Shown piece after piece: positions 16,121-25,735 of a stretch of 56,111 nt of DNA (its first letter is position 1; each line of letters begins with the position of its first letter). Made by a program: the position numbers and the translations under genes. Source of the stretch: a virus (Duplodnaviria; Caudoviricetes); IMG/VR virus record IMGVR_UViG_3300025771_000033, positions 1 to 56,111 of that record, one strand, 5' to 3'. A model generated the notes under the pieces. The model was not told the DNA's origin and ran no database searches. It was given only the letters and a program-made list of their open reading frames with translations.

Positions 16121-18464
16121 AATTGTAACATGCTTTGACGAGAAGAAGCTCAAGAAAAATGGCTTCAAACTTCTGAATGAGTTCAAAGAAAACTGGCAAC
16201 CTAATATAGAGTTTCACTGTTACTATTATAATCTAGATATTAGTAACTATTCTCTGCCCAAAGCGAAGAACATTCACTACCACAATCTTAACGACGTTCC
16301 TGAGTATGTTACGTTTGTAGAAGAGAACCCCACCCACGATGGTACTGAAGATGGTATGGTGCAGTACACAGAACTTCTGGATGCGCTGTCATCGGGGCCA
16401 GATGTTTTCGCTATTACTGAGTGTGCGTTCAACAATGAGGGTGGTTGGCTGATCTGGGTTGACCCCATGTGCGCTACAGTTAAAGACATTAGGTCTTCCA
16501 CTCTTGATCATTACTTCCCTGATCCCGTCTATAACGTAGACTTTATCTATACGCCTGAGACATCGTACATCATGGCGTTTAATCTGAAACGTCAGACTGC
16601 TGTAGATATCATGGGCGATTGGCGTGGCTCTTACATGTCAGGCGAGTTTACAAATTATCGTGAATGGACCGCTGCTTTTATTCTTAGCAGACTTGTTACT
16701 ATCTATACAGCACATGGTATGAACGTCCATGAGTTTACTGGTATAGAAAATCTAGTAGTAAACATCAATGATAAAAGTTCTATGAATGTCAGGGATAGCT
16801 CTGGTAAACGAGTGATTGAACTTTCAGAAACAGAAACCACTCCAGACATTCTTCCCGGTAGGTATAAACAGCTTGCCGACACTATTCGTTTTTATAAGCC
16901 TAGTACTATTCTGGAAACAGGGACGTGGAATGGTGGCCGTGCTATTGAGATGGCGCTTGCTGCATTTGATAGAACAGATTCAGTTCATTACATTGGCTAC
17001 GATCTGTTCGAAGATGCAACAGTAGAGACGGATAAGGAAGAGTTTAATGCCAAGCCTCACAACACAAAGAGTGCTGTTGCGAAAAGGTTTGATGAGTTCA
17101 CCCAATACATAAAGAAAGAAAAGGGTAAAGAGTTTACCTATGAGTTACATAAAGGTAATGTAAGAGATACTCTTAACTCTATCTATATTGATGAAGTAGA
17201 CTTTGCTTTGATAGGCAGTGGAAACAGTATCGAAACTGTCCAACACGAATATAATATTCTAAAGAATGTTCCCGTTGTCATGGGTGATCACTTCTTTACG
17301 AAGGACGACGAGGACAAAATCCCTGAAGAAAAATATCAGGGTATGAAAAATCTTTTTGATTCTATCGCTACCAAAAAGATTAATGAAGAGAAGACAACAG
17401 AAGATGGCTGGACATCGTTCGATGAAAAGTCTACAGTGCGTAAGTATGTTCTGCCTTCAGATGACAGAGTACTTGGTGGTGGTCGCACACACCTTGTTGT
17501 CTTCCTTCATGACGAAAAGCTAGAGGATATTCCAGCGGAACTGAAACAGGTTCCTATTGTTGTACATCCCAGAGACTCTGTGCCGAAGGAATATATTCGA
17601 AGTAATATTAAAAGAAACCTTCAGCACATTGATAAAGACAGGTGGGTACGGAAGCATCCTGCACACAGAGGCCGAGCGGCTATCGTATCTGCTGGTCCGT
17701 ATTTGGACTATGCGAAGCTTGAAGAGTTTCTTGCATTTAATCCTGACTGTAAAGTTCTTACAGTTAAACATGCATTGCCGGGTCTAATTAAGAATGGCAT
17801 AACTCCATGGGGTTGTATTGTTCTTGATCCCAGACCTATCACTGGTAAAAGCACACACAACATCACACGCAAAGACTTGTTCAAAGACTTTGATCCTGAC
17901 ATGAACTTCTTTGTTGCGTCTATGACAGACCCATCTGTTACAGAGCATCTCATAGAACGTAATGCAAAAATCTGGGGATGGCATGCCTTCACTGATTCTC
18001 TACGTGAAGAGGATGAGCAGGGTAAGGCTATTGAAAACCAGCAGGTTAAACTAAGCAATGAGCTTGGTATTCCACAGGGAGCTACGCTTATTACTGGTGG
18101 TACCTGTGCTGCTATGCGTGGCATTGGTATGCTGCACACTATGGGCTTCAGAGATATACATCTCTTTGGTTTTGATTGTTGTAGAGACGAGCCAACTGAC
18201 GAAGAAAAGACTGAGACTACTGGTGATCTGGAAGGCGGAGAAGTTCCTAAGCCAAAGTATATACAAGTTAATGTAAAGGAAAAAACATACTGGACTACAG
18301 GAGAGTTGCTTGCTATGGCGCAAGACTGTGAGAAAGTATTTAATGATCCCGGTCTTGAGGGTGTACTCTGCTATCATGGTAAAGACACTATGGTTGCAGA
18401 CTTGTGGGACATCAAAGTAGAACAGGAAACAAGGCCACAGTTTAAAGGATATTACGATGACTAA
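16110..18464 (+). CDS. multidomain protein: GT-like domain + class I SAM-MTase-like domain + Maf/DUF115 (MptE-like) domain
   Basis: LIWVD; ILETGTWNGG..YIGYDLFE; AIVSAGPYL, IVLDPRP, GGTCAAMR..GFRDIHLFGFDC. Confidence 0.7.
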   Translation: MTYKIVTCFDEKKLKKNGFKLLNEFKENWQPNIEFHCYYYNLDISNYSLPKAKNIHYHNLNDVPEYVTFVEENPTHDGTEDGMVQYTELLDALSSGPDVFAITECAFNNEGGWLIWVDPMCATVKDIRSSTLDHYFPDPVYNVDFIYTPETSYIMAFNLKRQTAVDIMGDWRGSYMSGEFTNYREWTAAFILSRLVTIYTAHGMNVHEFTGIENLVVNINDKSSMNVRDSSGKRVIELSETETTPDILPGRYKQLADTIRFYKPSTILETGTWNGGRAIEMALAAFDRTDSVHYIGYDLFEDATVETDKEEFNAKPHNTKSAVAKRFDEFTQYIKKEKGKEFTYELHKGNVRDTLNSIYIDEVDFALIGSGNSIETVQHEYNILKNVPVVMGDHFFTKDDEDKIPEEKYQGMKNLFDSIATKKINEEKTTEDGWTSFDEKSTVRKYVLPSDDRVLGGGRTHLVVFLHDEKLEDIPAELKQVPIVVHPRDSVPKEYIRSNIKRNLQHIDKDRWVRKHPAHRGRAAIVSAGPYLDYAKLEEFLAFNPDCKVLTVKHALPGLIKNGITPWGCIVLDPRPITGKSTHNITRKDLFKDFDPDMNFFVASMTDPSVTEHLIERNAKIWGWHAFTDSLREEDEQGKAIENQQVKLSNELGIPQGATLITGGTCAAMRGIGMLHTMGFRDIHLFGFDCCRDEPTDEEKTETTGDLEGGEVPKPKYIQVNVKEKTYWTTGELLAMAQDCEKVFNDPGLEGVLCYHGKDTMVADLWDIKVEQETRPQFKGYYDD

Positions 18465-19146
18465 TATTAATGTAGAGAACACAAATAGTAGGCATAATCC
18501 TTCTGATGATTATGGTAATCTTATTAAGATGTATGAACAAAAGCATGATCAGGCAGCAGGTATGTTTAATGGTCGTAGCCTTTTAAAGTTTGTTGACATA
18601 ATCAAGGCTTATCTTGAACAGCATAAGTGTAAATCTATTCTTGATTATGGTTGTGGCAAGGGTATTCTTTATAGCGAAGACTACCATACATTAACTAACG
18701 AAATTGACTGCCCTCTTCCTGAGTACTGGAGCCTTGACGAGCATGAACTTTTTGATCCCGGCTACGAGAAGTATAATAAACTTCCTATCCACAAAAAAGA
18801 TGCAGTAATTTGTACAGATGTTCTTGAACATGTAGCAGAGGAAGACTTGTCTTGGGTGGTAGATGAAATATTTTCTTATGCAAAGAAGATGGTCTTTCTA
18901 AACATAGCTTGCTTTGAAGCAGTGAAGACGCTACCAGATGGACGCAATGCTCATATCTCAATCTTCTCTCCAGAGGATTGGATTCAGATGCTGGCTGAGA
19001 AAAGCAGAAACTTTAAACACTTGACTATCTATATGTTTGCTGATACAATGGTAACAGAAAATCCAAAGACCTATCAAACGCAAGGCTATCGCATTGATCA
19101 GTATCCACGTATAATTAAAATGAAAAATGTAAAGGAGTCAGAATAA
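18457..19146 (+). CDS. class I SAM-dependent methyltransferase
   Basis: ILDYGCGKG, VICTDVLEHV, NAHIS. Confidence 0.85.
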   Translation: MTNINVENTNSRHNPSDDYGNLIKMYEQKHDQAAGMFNGRSLLKFVDIIKAYLEQHKCKSILDYGCGKGILYSEDYHTLTNEIDCPLPEYWSLDEHELFDPGYEKYNKLPIHKKDAVICTDVLEHVAEEDLSWVVDEIFSYAKKMVFLNIACFEAVKTLPDGRNAHISIFSPEDWIQMLAEKSRNFKHLTIYMFADTMVTENPKTYQTQGYRIDQYPRIIKMKNVKESE

Positions 19147-19319
19147 TGTTTACTCTTGTGGTTGTGGCAATGATGTGGACCAAAGCCGGTGCAGATGTTG
19201 AGGTAACATATAAAGATTTTAAATCATCTGTTGCCTGTCAGAGCGCTGTGTCATCCCTTGCAAAGATTGATAAACTAAGTAAAGGCATGAAGATATATGC
19301 CTTCTGTAATAGGAGTTAG
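19146..19319 (+). CDS. small protein with N-terminal hydrophobic segment (57 aa, not in ORF track)
   Basis: AAGGAG RBS; MFTLVVVAMMW..F.S..AC..C. Confidence 0.6.
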   Translation: MFTLVVVAMMWTKAGADVEVTYKDFKSSVACQSAVSSLAKIDKLSKGMKIYAFCNRS

Positions 19320-19321
19320 AC

Positions 19322-19723
19322 ATGCTAGGTATTGCAGACTCTGTAATTGGAGTAGCAGGTAAAGTTCTTGACAAGTTTGTAGAGGACAAAGACCTTAAGA
19401 AAAAACTGGAGCATGAGCTTCAGACACAGATGATATCACTAGACCTTGCTCAAGCACAGGCGAACATAGAACAGGCAAAGCATCCTTCTATCTTTGTGAG
19501 CGGAGCTAGGCCAGCTATCATGTGGGTATGCTGCTTTGCTTTGGCATGGCAGTTTATTCTTGCACCCATTCTATCTTGGGTTATTATCACTTGGTATCCT
19601 ACGGTAACACTCCCCGCCCTAGAGACAGGAGAGTTGATCAGCTTGATCATGGCCCTTCTTGGTCTTGGTGGTATGCGTACAGCAGAAAAGTGGAAAGGTG
19701 TTGCCAGAAACAACATGAAATAA
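19322..19723 (+). CDS. holin, GTA-type 3TM family
   Basis: IFVSGARPAIMWVC, LLGLGGMRTAEKWKGV. Confidence 0.85.
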   Translation: MLGIADSVIGVAGKVLDKFVEDKDLKKKLEHELQTQMISLDLAQAQANIEQAKHPSIFVSGARPAIMWVCCFALAWQFILAPILSWVIITWYPTVTLPALETGELISLIMALLGLGGMRTAEKWKGVARNNMK

Positions 19724-20215
19724 ATGTTAAACGAAAAGCAAGAAAAGTTTGCACAGGCTTATGTGCTACACCGTAATGCAACTGAGGCTGCAAAGTCTGC
19801 TGGCTACGCAGAAGCCTCTGCATATAATCAAGGTTATCGACTACTTCAAAGTCAAGAAGTAATTGATAGGGTACATGAACTAGAACAGCAACTTGAAACT
19901 GATGTTAATGTAATAGAAGAGATTGAAAATCAGTACGAGTTTGCCAAAGCAAACGGACATACTAATAGTGCCATTAAAGCACTGGAGTTATTATCCCGCA
20001 TTCGTGGTGCTAATAGTAATACTGGTATGTCTATGGATAAGGATACATTAGAGACAGCCATCGTTGGTTGCCTCAATGTACTAGGAGAAGAGAAGGTTGT
20101 ACAACTTTTATCTAAGTGTGACTTTGCTGACTCATTATTTGAAGAAATTGATAGCGACGATGCAGAAGAGCCGTCTGAAGTTAGTAAAGAAGAGAATATC
20201 GTACTGGTAGAGTAA
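19724..20215 (+). CDS. terminase small subunit
   Basis: LNEKQEKFAQAY..NATEAAKSAGY..RLL; IKALELL. Confidence 0.8.
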   Translation: MLNEKQEKFAQAYVLHRNATEAAKSAGYAEASAYNQGYRLLQSQEVIDRVHELEQQLETDVNVIEEIENQYEFAKANGHTNSAIKALELLSRIRGANSNTGMSMDKDTLETAIVGCLNVLGEEKVVQLLSKCDFADSLFEEIDSDDAEEPSEVSKEENIVLVE

Positions 20216-20217
20216 AT

Positions 20218-20550
20218 ATGGAAAATAATACAAAACTAGCAGCGAAGAAAGTTGGAGATTTATTAGAGCTTAAAGCTGTATGCTGGCTCCTTGAGCAGGG
20301 ATATGAAGTCTTTCGTAATGATTGTTCCACTGGCCCTATTGATATAATAGCTTTAAATTTAGAAACAAATGAAATATTAAAAATAGATGTTAAAACTGTT
20401 TCTATAAGTTCAGATGGAAAACGGATGTGCTTTCCAAAATTAAGAGACAATCAAGTAAGCTTGGGGGTAAAACTATTAGGTTTTAATAAAAAGACTAATA
20501 CTTGGATTTTAATTGATGGAAAACCAGAATCACAACAAATTTCTTTTTAA
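20218..20550 (+). CDS. PD-(D/E)XK endonuclease (AT-rich)
   Basis: GDLLE..A...L...GYEVF, GPIDIIA, KIDVK. Confidence 0.7.
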   Translation: MENNTKLAAKKVGDLLELKAVCWLLEQGYEVFRNDCSTGPIDIIALNLETNEILKIDVKTVSISSDGKRMCFPKLRDNQVSLGVKLLGFNKKTNTWILIDGKPESQQISF

Positions 20551-20556
20551 TTCTGT

Positions 20557-20601
20557 AAAAAAAAGGGCCAGAGAAGAGCGGTGAGTAGCCTTCTCTAGCC
20601 C
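20557..20601 (-). terminator. terminator at the convergence of the two arms
   Basis: A8 then GGGC.AGAGAAG...CTTCTCT.GCCC stem; reads as stem plus U8 on the - strand. Confidence 0.55.
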
Positions 20602-20671
20602 GTTAGGTATGTACCTAGCCGAAAGGTACTGATTCTTCTGCAACCTAGCTCCTAGCTCGATACAGAGCGTT

Positions 20672-20902
20672 TTACTTTTTTATGGTCCTTTTAGCGGACT
20701 GAAATGCAGTTGCTCCAAAGTATGCAGCTACAAGACCCGATAATGCCAGATATGCCATCTCCATTACGTTAGCATTCTGGTATCTCTCCGGCCATCCAAT
20801 GATCGCTACAGTCATAGCAGCCATCATTGCAAGAACAACCCAACACATTCTACGTCTGTTGACTTGATATGTTTCTTTATCAGGAATATTATCTTGACTC
20901 AT
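20672..20902 (-). CDS. small two-TM membrane protein (holin-like)
   Basis: Two hydrophobic helices, basic C-terminus, near endolysin. Confidence 0.6.
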   Translation of the reverse strand: MSQDNIPDKETYQVNRRRMCWVVLAMMAAMTVAIIGWPERYQNANVMEMAYLALSGLVAAYFGATAFQSAKRTIKK

Positions 20903-21261
20903 GTTGCTTTCCTTTCACTAGCTACTGGTGGGTGTGAGCCATTATGCATGGCATATAGTCTATCACAATCTTTTTGTAGTCTTTCTATGTGAGTAACCAT
21001 CTCTGCTAGTTGCATATGATCTCGTCTGAGATTCTCTGGACTTGCCATCTTAGCAAGAATGCTTATCCTTTGTTCTTGCGTTTCAGTTGCAGTTATTAGC
21101 TTATCACTTCTAGCATCCATCTTACGAAGACGTTGCTCAACATCTTCTAGTTTTTCTACTAGTTGTTTAATCTGCATCTTGGCTACGGCACTAGCTCCCG
21201 CCACACTAAAGAGTATACCAGCCAGAGTAACGACCAAGCGTATATCTATCGCTCCCTCCAT
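20899..21261 (-). CDS. TM-anchored coiled-coil protein (lysis region)
   Basis: N-terminal TM plus coiled coil; AGGAGG RBS. Confidence 0.6.
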   Translation of the reverse strand: MEGAIDIRLVVTLAGILFSVAGASAVAKMQIKQLVEKLEDVEQRLRKMDARSDKLITATETQEQRISILAKMASPENLRRDHMQLAEMVTHIERLQKDCDRLYAMHNGSHPPVASERKAT

Positions 21262-21338
21262 ACACTCCTCCTATGTAAAATGAATTATAGCAGTGACTAT
21301 TACCGCAAAATAAAAAAGACCAAGAGCATAGCCTATGT

Positions 21339-21722
21339 TCACTTGTAGCTCCACACCCATGGACGAGGATGGTGATCTCCATCTTCCATTGTATCCAGAT
21401 GTATGAACCTACGCTCAAACATGCCTCGTTGAGAAATACCGATACCTGTAAACTCATGTACAATCGCCAGACGTAAAAGTCGATAAGCATCATGCCCACC
21501 CACTACAATATCAGCAGCCATACCATAGATATGTGCAGAGTTAGGAGAGCCTCCTATTGTAGTGTTATATGCAATGTCTCTGTATCCTGAAGAAACAATC
21601 ATAGGTTTGCCATAATCTTCTCTTAGACGTATGAGCCGTGCCATGAACTCTTCGTCCATATGACACTCACCTGTACCTTTACAGGCCATCTCTTCTTCAG
21701 TAAAGTATTCCCAATCAGCCAC
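21339..21722 (-). CDS. endolysin, peptidase M15A family
   Basis: YFTEEEMAC, SSGYR, SAHIYGMAADI, FIHLD. Confidence 0.9.
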   Translation of the reverse strand: MADWEYFTEEEMACKGTGECHMDEEFMARLIRLREDYGKPMIVSSGYRDIAYNTTIGGSPNSAHIYGMAADIVVGGHDAYRLLRLAIVHEFTGIGISQRGMFERRFIHLDTMEDGDHHPRPWVWSYK

Positions 21723-21734
21723 GTTTACTCCTTT

Positions 21735-24700
21735 CTACTCATCAACATCAGTTAAGCTAAATTCTCTACGAACATCCTGAAGTCTTCTCAACAATCCCAT
21801 TGGGTCTTTGTCCGCAAACTTTTCTGTAAATAGATTTATTACCCTTCTATCAGTAGGATCAATAGGAATAAACCTACCCTGTGATGCGGTAACTAAATCA
21901 TTATCCGGCTTTCCTAAAAGACCATTGTCTGTGACGGCTCTAAATACACGATTGGTATCGCTAAAAGTTTTTTCAATTCCCTTTTTATCTGTATATGTGA
22001 TGTTATTAAAGATATCAAACTTATCACGTATTTTGCGAGTTACATTTAGTTTGTCTTCCATACGTGAACGATACTCATCTACAATCTGATTAGCAAGGTC
22101 TTCTGTAACTGCTTGTGGTTTAATCTGACGTAAGTAATTAAAGAACTCACTATCGCTTGCTTTCAGCTGTCTAAGGTCTGTACTAAGACTTGATCTAATT
22201 GCTTTATCAACATCAACAGTCTGCGGTCTAATACCTGTAGCCATCCAAGTTTCAAGATCATCAGGCGATAGCGGATAACCATTGGCCTGTCTAGCTACTT
22301 CGTCTACCTCTTCAGCACTTAGCTGATCCAGATACTTTCTAACAATCTCAACAGTTCCCGGCTCAAATGCGCTTGCTAATTCTAACGCACCACGTTTTAT
22401 ATTTTCTATATTAACGCCGGGACGTGATGGATCATATGTATCTTTTGACGCAATGTTCAAAAGAGAATCAGTTAAGAACTTTGGATTAACATAAGGTCCA
22501 AAGATGGAAGATGCTACGTTCTTTCCTAACTGCTCAAACTCAAACTCAGCCAAAGGTTCACCAGCCAAGGCTCTGCCTATAAGCTGTCTAATAGGAACCT
22601 TCAGATAATCTTGAGCATCATAAGCAGCAGAGCTTACATATCTGGTAGTAATTGTACCATCTTTATTTTCTTCAAACCCTTGTAGAAAAATTCTACCACC
22701 GCCTTGGCCCCATGGTGGAGACGAAGCATCCAATGCTCTTTGATTATCAGATGTAATTCCATATGCTTCGTTATTAGATTCTTCGTATGCTGCAAGGCCA
22801 CCAGCAGTTACGGTAAGACCTCCTAGACGAGCAAGACCTGTTTTCATTTGTTCTACATTTCCAGTACGAATACCTTCAATTAAATCTTTACCGCCAATCT
22901 TGATTACGTTTTTGGTTGTTCTTGCCATTTCAGAAGGAAACAAAGCATACGTACCAATCGGCAACCTAGAAAGCTGACGAGCAAAAGGACTTGCAACTGT
23001 ATAGGATGGCATAGTATCTCGTACACGTTGCGATGCTCTACTAAATATTTCATCTTCGTCTAAATCAGGATATATTTTCTTGAGACGTTTCATCTCTAGA
23101 TTGTGAGCAACTAGTTTTGCATACGTATCTGGTGTACCATACGCCTGACTAAGAGCATCCATACTTTTTCTATAGCCTTTTGAGAAAGCATTAGAAGCTT
23201 CCCTACCATACAGATTTATATTCTTTCTTATAATTTCTGCTGACAGATCACTATCAATAACACCCTGCTCTTTCAACTTTGTTAGACGTTTTAGTCCAGC
23301 ATCGCTCAATCCAGAAACATCAAAGTATTCTTTGTATAAATCTTGTCCAGCTTGTTTAATTGCTTTGGCACCTCTAATAGGTCTAAACAGATAGCCGTTT
23401 GTTGCCAAGCCCTGAACAGCACCCCATGTATTGATAAGATATGCAGGTAAGTCAAAGATTGTTTGAGTAGCCTGACCAAGTGCAGCTAGATTACCAAAGG
23501 TCTGTCCTGTAAACTTTCCGCCGACACTATTAGGATTAGACCAATAGTCTATACCATTGTTAATAAATTTATAGAACTGTGGAGAAGTGTACAAATCTTT
23601 AAGCAGAGGCGTTTTACCCCCAATACTTGCACCTAAAACTTCTGCGGTTAAATCCTCAAAGGATTTTGATGCATCTACAATAGGAGCTTTTTTCTGAACA
23701 ATAGTAGCTGTTTGTTTTGGAAGAAAAGAAACAAGACCACCAAGCTGAACAGTAGCTCTATCTGAAGCACTATCTTTCAAAGCCTGTCGTGCAAACTTAT
23801 CAACATCTGCTAAGAACTCAACTTCATTAAGAAGCTGCTTCTGTTTTGTCAATGTCGTTGACAGGCGACTTATAGCTCCACGCTCTTCACCAAGAAGTTC
23901 AAGGATTGGTTTAGCAAGATTCTTTTTTTGTTTAAGAGACTGCTTTGCAACAGAACTAGCGACCTCTTTACCAACAACACTTCCAAGCAGGTCCATAGGA
24001 TTAATTGTAATTACTGTTTCTTTCTCAGCAGGTTTAGCCAATCGTTGAACCATAGCCAAAATCATGCCGTCTACGGTCTCATCGTCTAGCTGCTTATTAG
24101 CTTTACGAGCCTCTTCTTTTATAAAGGCACGAGCGTTATCTACTTTTGTAAGAAACTCACCGCTAACCTTACCCTTTAAAGCGTCCTCAATTCTATTTAA
24201 ATATTGCACATTATTATTAGCTTCAAAGGTTCTGGTAATATAAGTACCATCACCCTCTCTACGATAACCAATACGCTGTTTTCCTTCCAAGCCCAAGACA
24301 TTGTTTAGTTCGTCTTCATTCTTTGTTATAACATCACGAGCAGACTGAAGCCTCTCAAGGGTTTTTGTTCCCTGTAGATTTTCAGATACAACCCCACTGT
24401 CAAAGAAATCATTAACTTGATCATCAGTTATCTTAGCACCAGCTTTATTATCTCTTTTAATTTCTTTATTAATACCACGAATGGTTCTTTTAATCTCCAG
24501 AGCAAGAGCGTTCTGTCCCCTAGACCTTTTTAAAGCAGCATCAAACATTTCTTTAGGCAGTCCAGCAGTAGAAGAAAACAGCCTACCAGCACCAGTGTTA
24601 ATTCCTGCAAGTATTTCAGTTATTTTAGACCTTGCACTGTCTCCAACAACTTCTGTATCTACTTTTACATTAGGAGTAGATGCTATTTCAGATGCTTCTT

Positions 24701-25733
24701 TAGCAGCCTTCTCAACAATCTTATCTCCAGCTACTGCACGTCCAATCTTTTCACCAAACGAAGGTATAAATCTACCGCCAATACCAGCAGTGATGCCGCC
24801 AATAGTAGCCATACCCGCAGTTTGTAAAGGATCAACTGATGCTTCAACAATATATTGCTGAGAAACATCAAAGGCGCCACTATAAGCAGCACCACTAGGA
24901 ACAGCAACAGCAGCAGTATACCTACCTGCTGTCTTAGCAGCTTTTTTTCTAGCTTTTTTTACAGCCTCTTTTACAAATAGACTGTCAGCATTTTTCTCAA
25001 TAACCTCTTTAGTTAAACCGTTTTGAGCTAACTGCTTCTTTAGCTGCTCTTTAAAAGAAAAACGTGCAGCAGCGCTAGCGGCCTTTCCACCAAGTAATCT
25101 AGCAACACCTGCAATACCTCCAGTTAAAACAATACTACCAAGTGTAGTTGGATCGTATAGAGTATTCTTTACAGCACGTAAAAAACTTTCCATATTTGGA
25201 TCAGCTTTTTCATACAGGTCTAAAGAATCCAGCCACGCATCTTGAACATCGTTCGGCATATCATCAATGTTCAATGCAGTCATGCCCATGCTAACAAGAT
25301 TGTTTCCTAACTTTGAGTGACGGTTCTTAAACCAATCTCCTAGATTATCATACCCTGCCTCTTCTGGATCAAAAGGTTTACCCTCTTCATATTCGTAAAT
25401 CTTTTTTCCAAGATTAATCCAGTCTTCATTTTTTTCCAAGTCATCCATTGAAATACTGGTTACAGTTTCTTCCATAGCTGGTTGACTAGTTACTTCCTTT
25501 GGATCAACAGGCGGCTGCTGTTCTTTAAGAAATTTAATATCATCTTCTAATGTAAAGGTATTAGAAGAAGGAGTAATAGGAACTATTAATCTACCGTCTT
25601 CATCAAACTGATCTGCTGAAGAAGGCGCAACAACAGGTTCCTCTGAAACAGGTTCAGAAGTTTGAACATTCTCTGTAGCAGCTTCTCTTTGTTTAAGAAG
25701 CTCTAAATCTTCTTGAAGAGTAAATGTAGCCAT
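21735..25733 (-). CDS. large internal virion / ejection protein (putative)
   Basis: 1332 aa, helical with Gly/Ala-rich hydrophobic stretches, at end of structural arm. Confidence 0.6.
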   Translation of the reverse strand: MATFTLQEDLELLKQREAATENVQTSEPVSEEPVVAPSSADQFDEDGRLIVPITPSSNTFTLEDDIKFLKEQQPPVDPKEVTSQPAMEETVTSISMDDLEKNEDWINLGKKIYEYEEGKPFDPEEAGYDNLGDWFKNRHSKLGNNLVSMGMTALNIDDMPNDVQDAWLDSLDLYEKADPNMESFLRAVKNTLYDPTTLGSIVLTGGIAGVARLLGGKAASAAARFSFKEQLKKQLAQNGLTKEVIEKNADSLFVKEAVKKARKKAAKTAGRYTAAVAVPSGAAYSGAFDVSQQYIVEASVDPLQTAGMATIGGITAGIGGRFIPSFGEKIGRAVAGDKIVEKAAKEASEIASTPNVKVDTEVVGDSARSKITEILAGINTGAGRLFSSTAGLPKEMFDAALKRSRGQNALALEIKRTIRGINKEIKRDNKAGAKITDDQVNDFFDSGVVSENLQGTKTLERLQSARDVITKNEDELNNVLGLEGKQRIGYRREGDGTYITRTFEANNNVQYLNRIEDALKGKVSGEFLTKVDNARAFIKEEARKANKQLDDETVDGMILAMVQRLAKPAEKETVITINPMDLLGSVVGKEVASSVAKQSLKQKKNLAKPILELLGEERGAISRLSTTLTKQKQLLNEVEFLADVDKFARQALKDSASDRATVQLGGLVSFLPKQTATIVQKKAPIVDASKSFEDLTAEVLGASIGGKTPLLKDLYTSPQFYKFINNGIDYWSNPNSVGGKFTGQTFGNLAALGQATQTIFDLPAYLINTWGAVQGLATNGYLFRPIRGAKAIKQAGQDLYKEYFDVSGLSDAGLKRLTKLKEQGVIDSDLSAEIIRKNINLYGREASNAFSKGYRKSMDALSQAYGTPDTYAKLVAHNLEMKRLKKIYPDLDEDEIFSRASQRVRDTMPSYTVASPFARQLSRLPIGTYALFPSEMARTTKNVIKIGGKDLIEGIRTGNVEQMKTGLARLGGLTVTAGGLAAYEESNNEAYGITSDNQRALDASSPPWGQGGGRIFLQGFEENKDGTITTRYVSSAAYDAQDYLKVPIRQLIGRALAGEPLAEFEFEQLGKNVASSIFGPYVNPKFLTDSLLNIASKDTYDPSRPGVNIENIKRGALELASAFEPGTVEIVRKYLDQLSAEEVDEVARQANGYPLSPDDLETWMATGIRPQTVDVDKAIRSSLSTDLRQLKASDSEFFNYLRQIKPQAVTEDLANQIVDEYRSRMEDKLNVTRKIRDKFDIFNNITYTDKKGIEKTFSDTNRVFRAVTDNGLLGKPDNDLVTASQGRFIPIDPTDRRVINLFTEKFADKDPMGLLRRLQDVRREFSLTDVDE

Positions 25734-25735
25734 CT

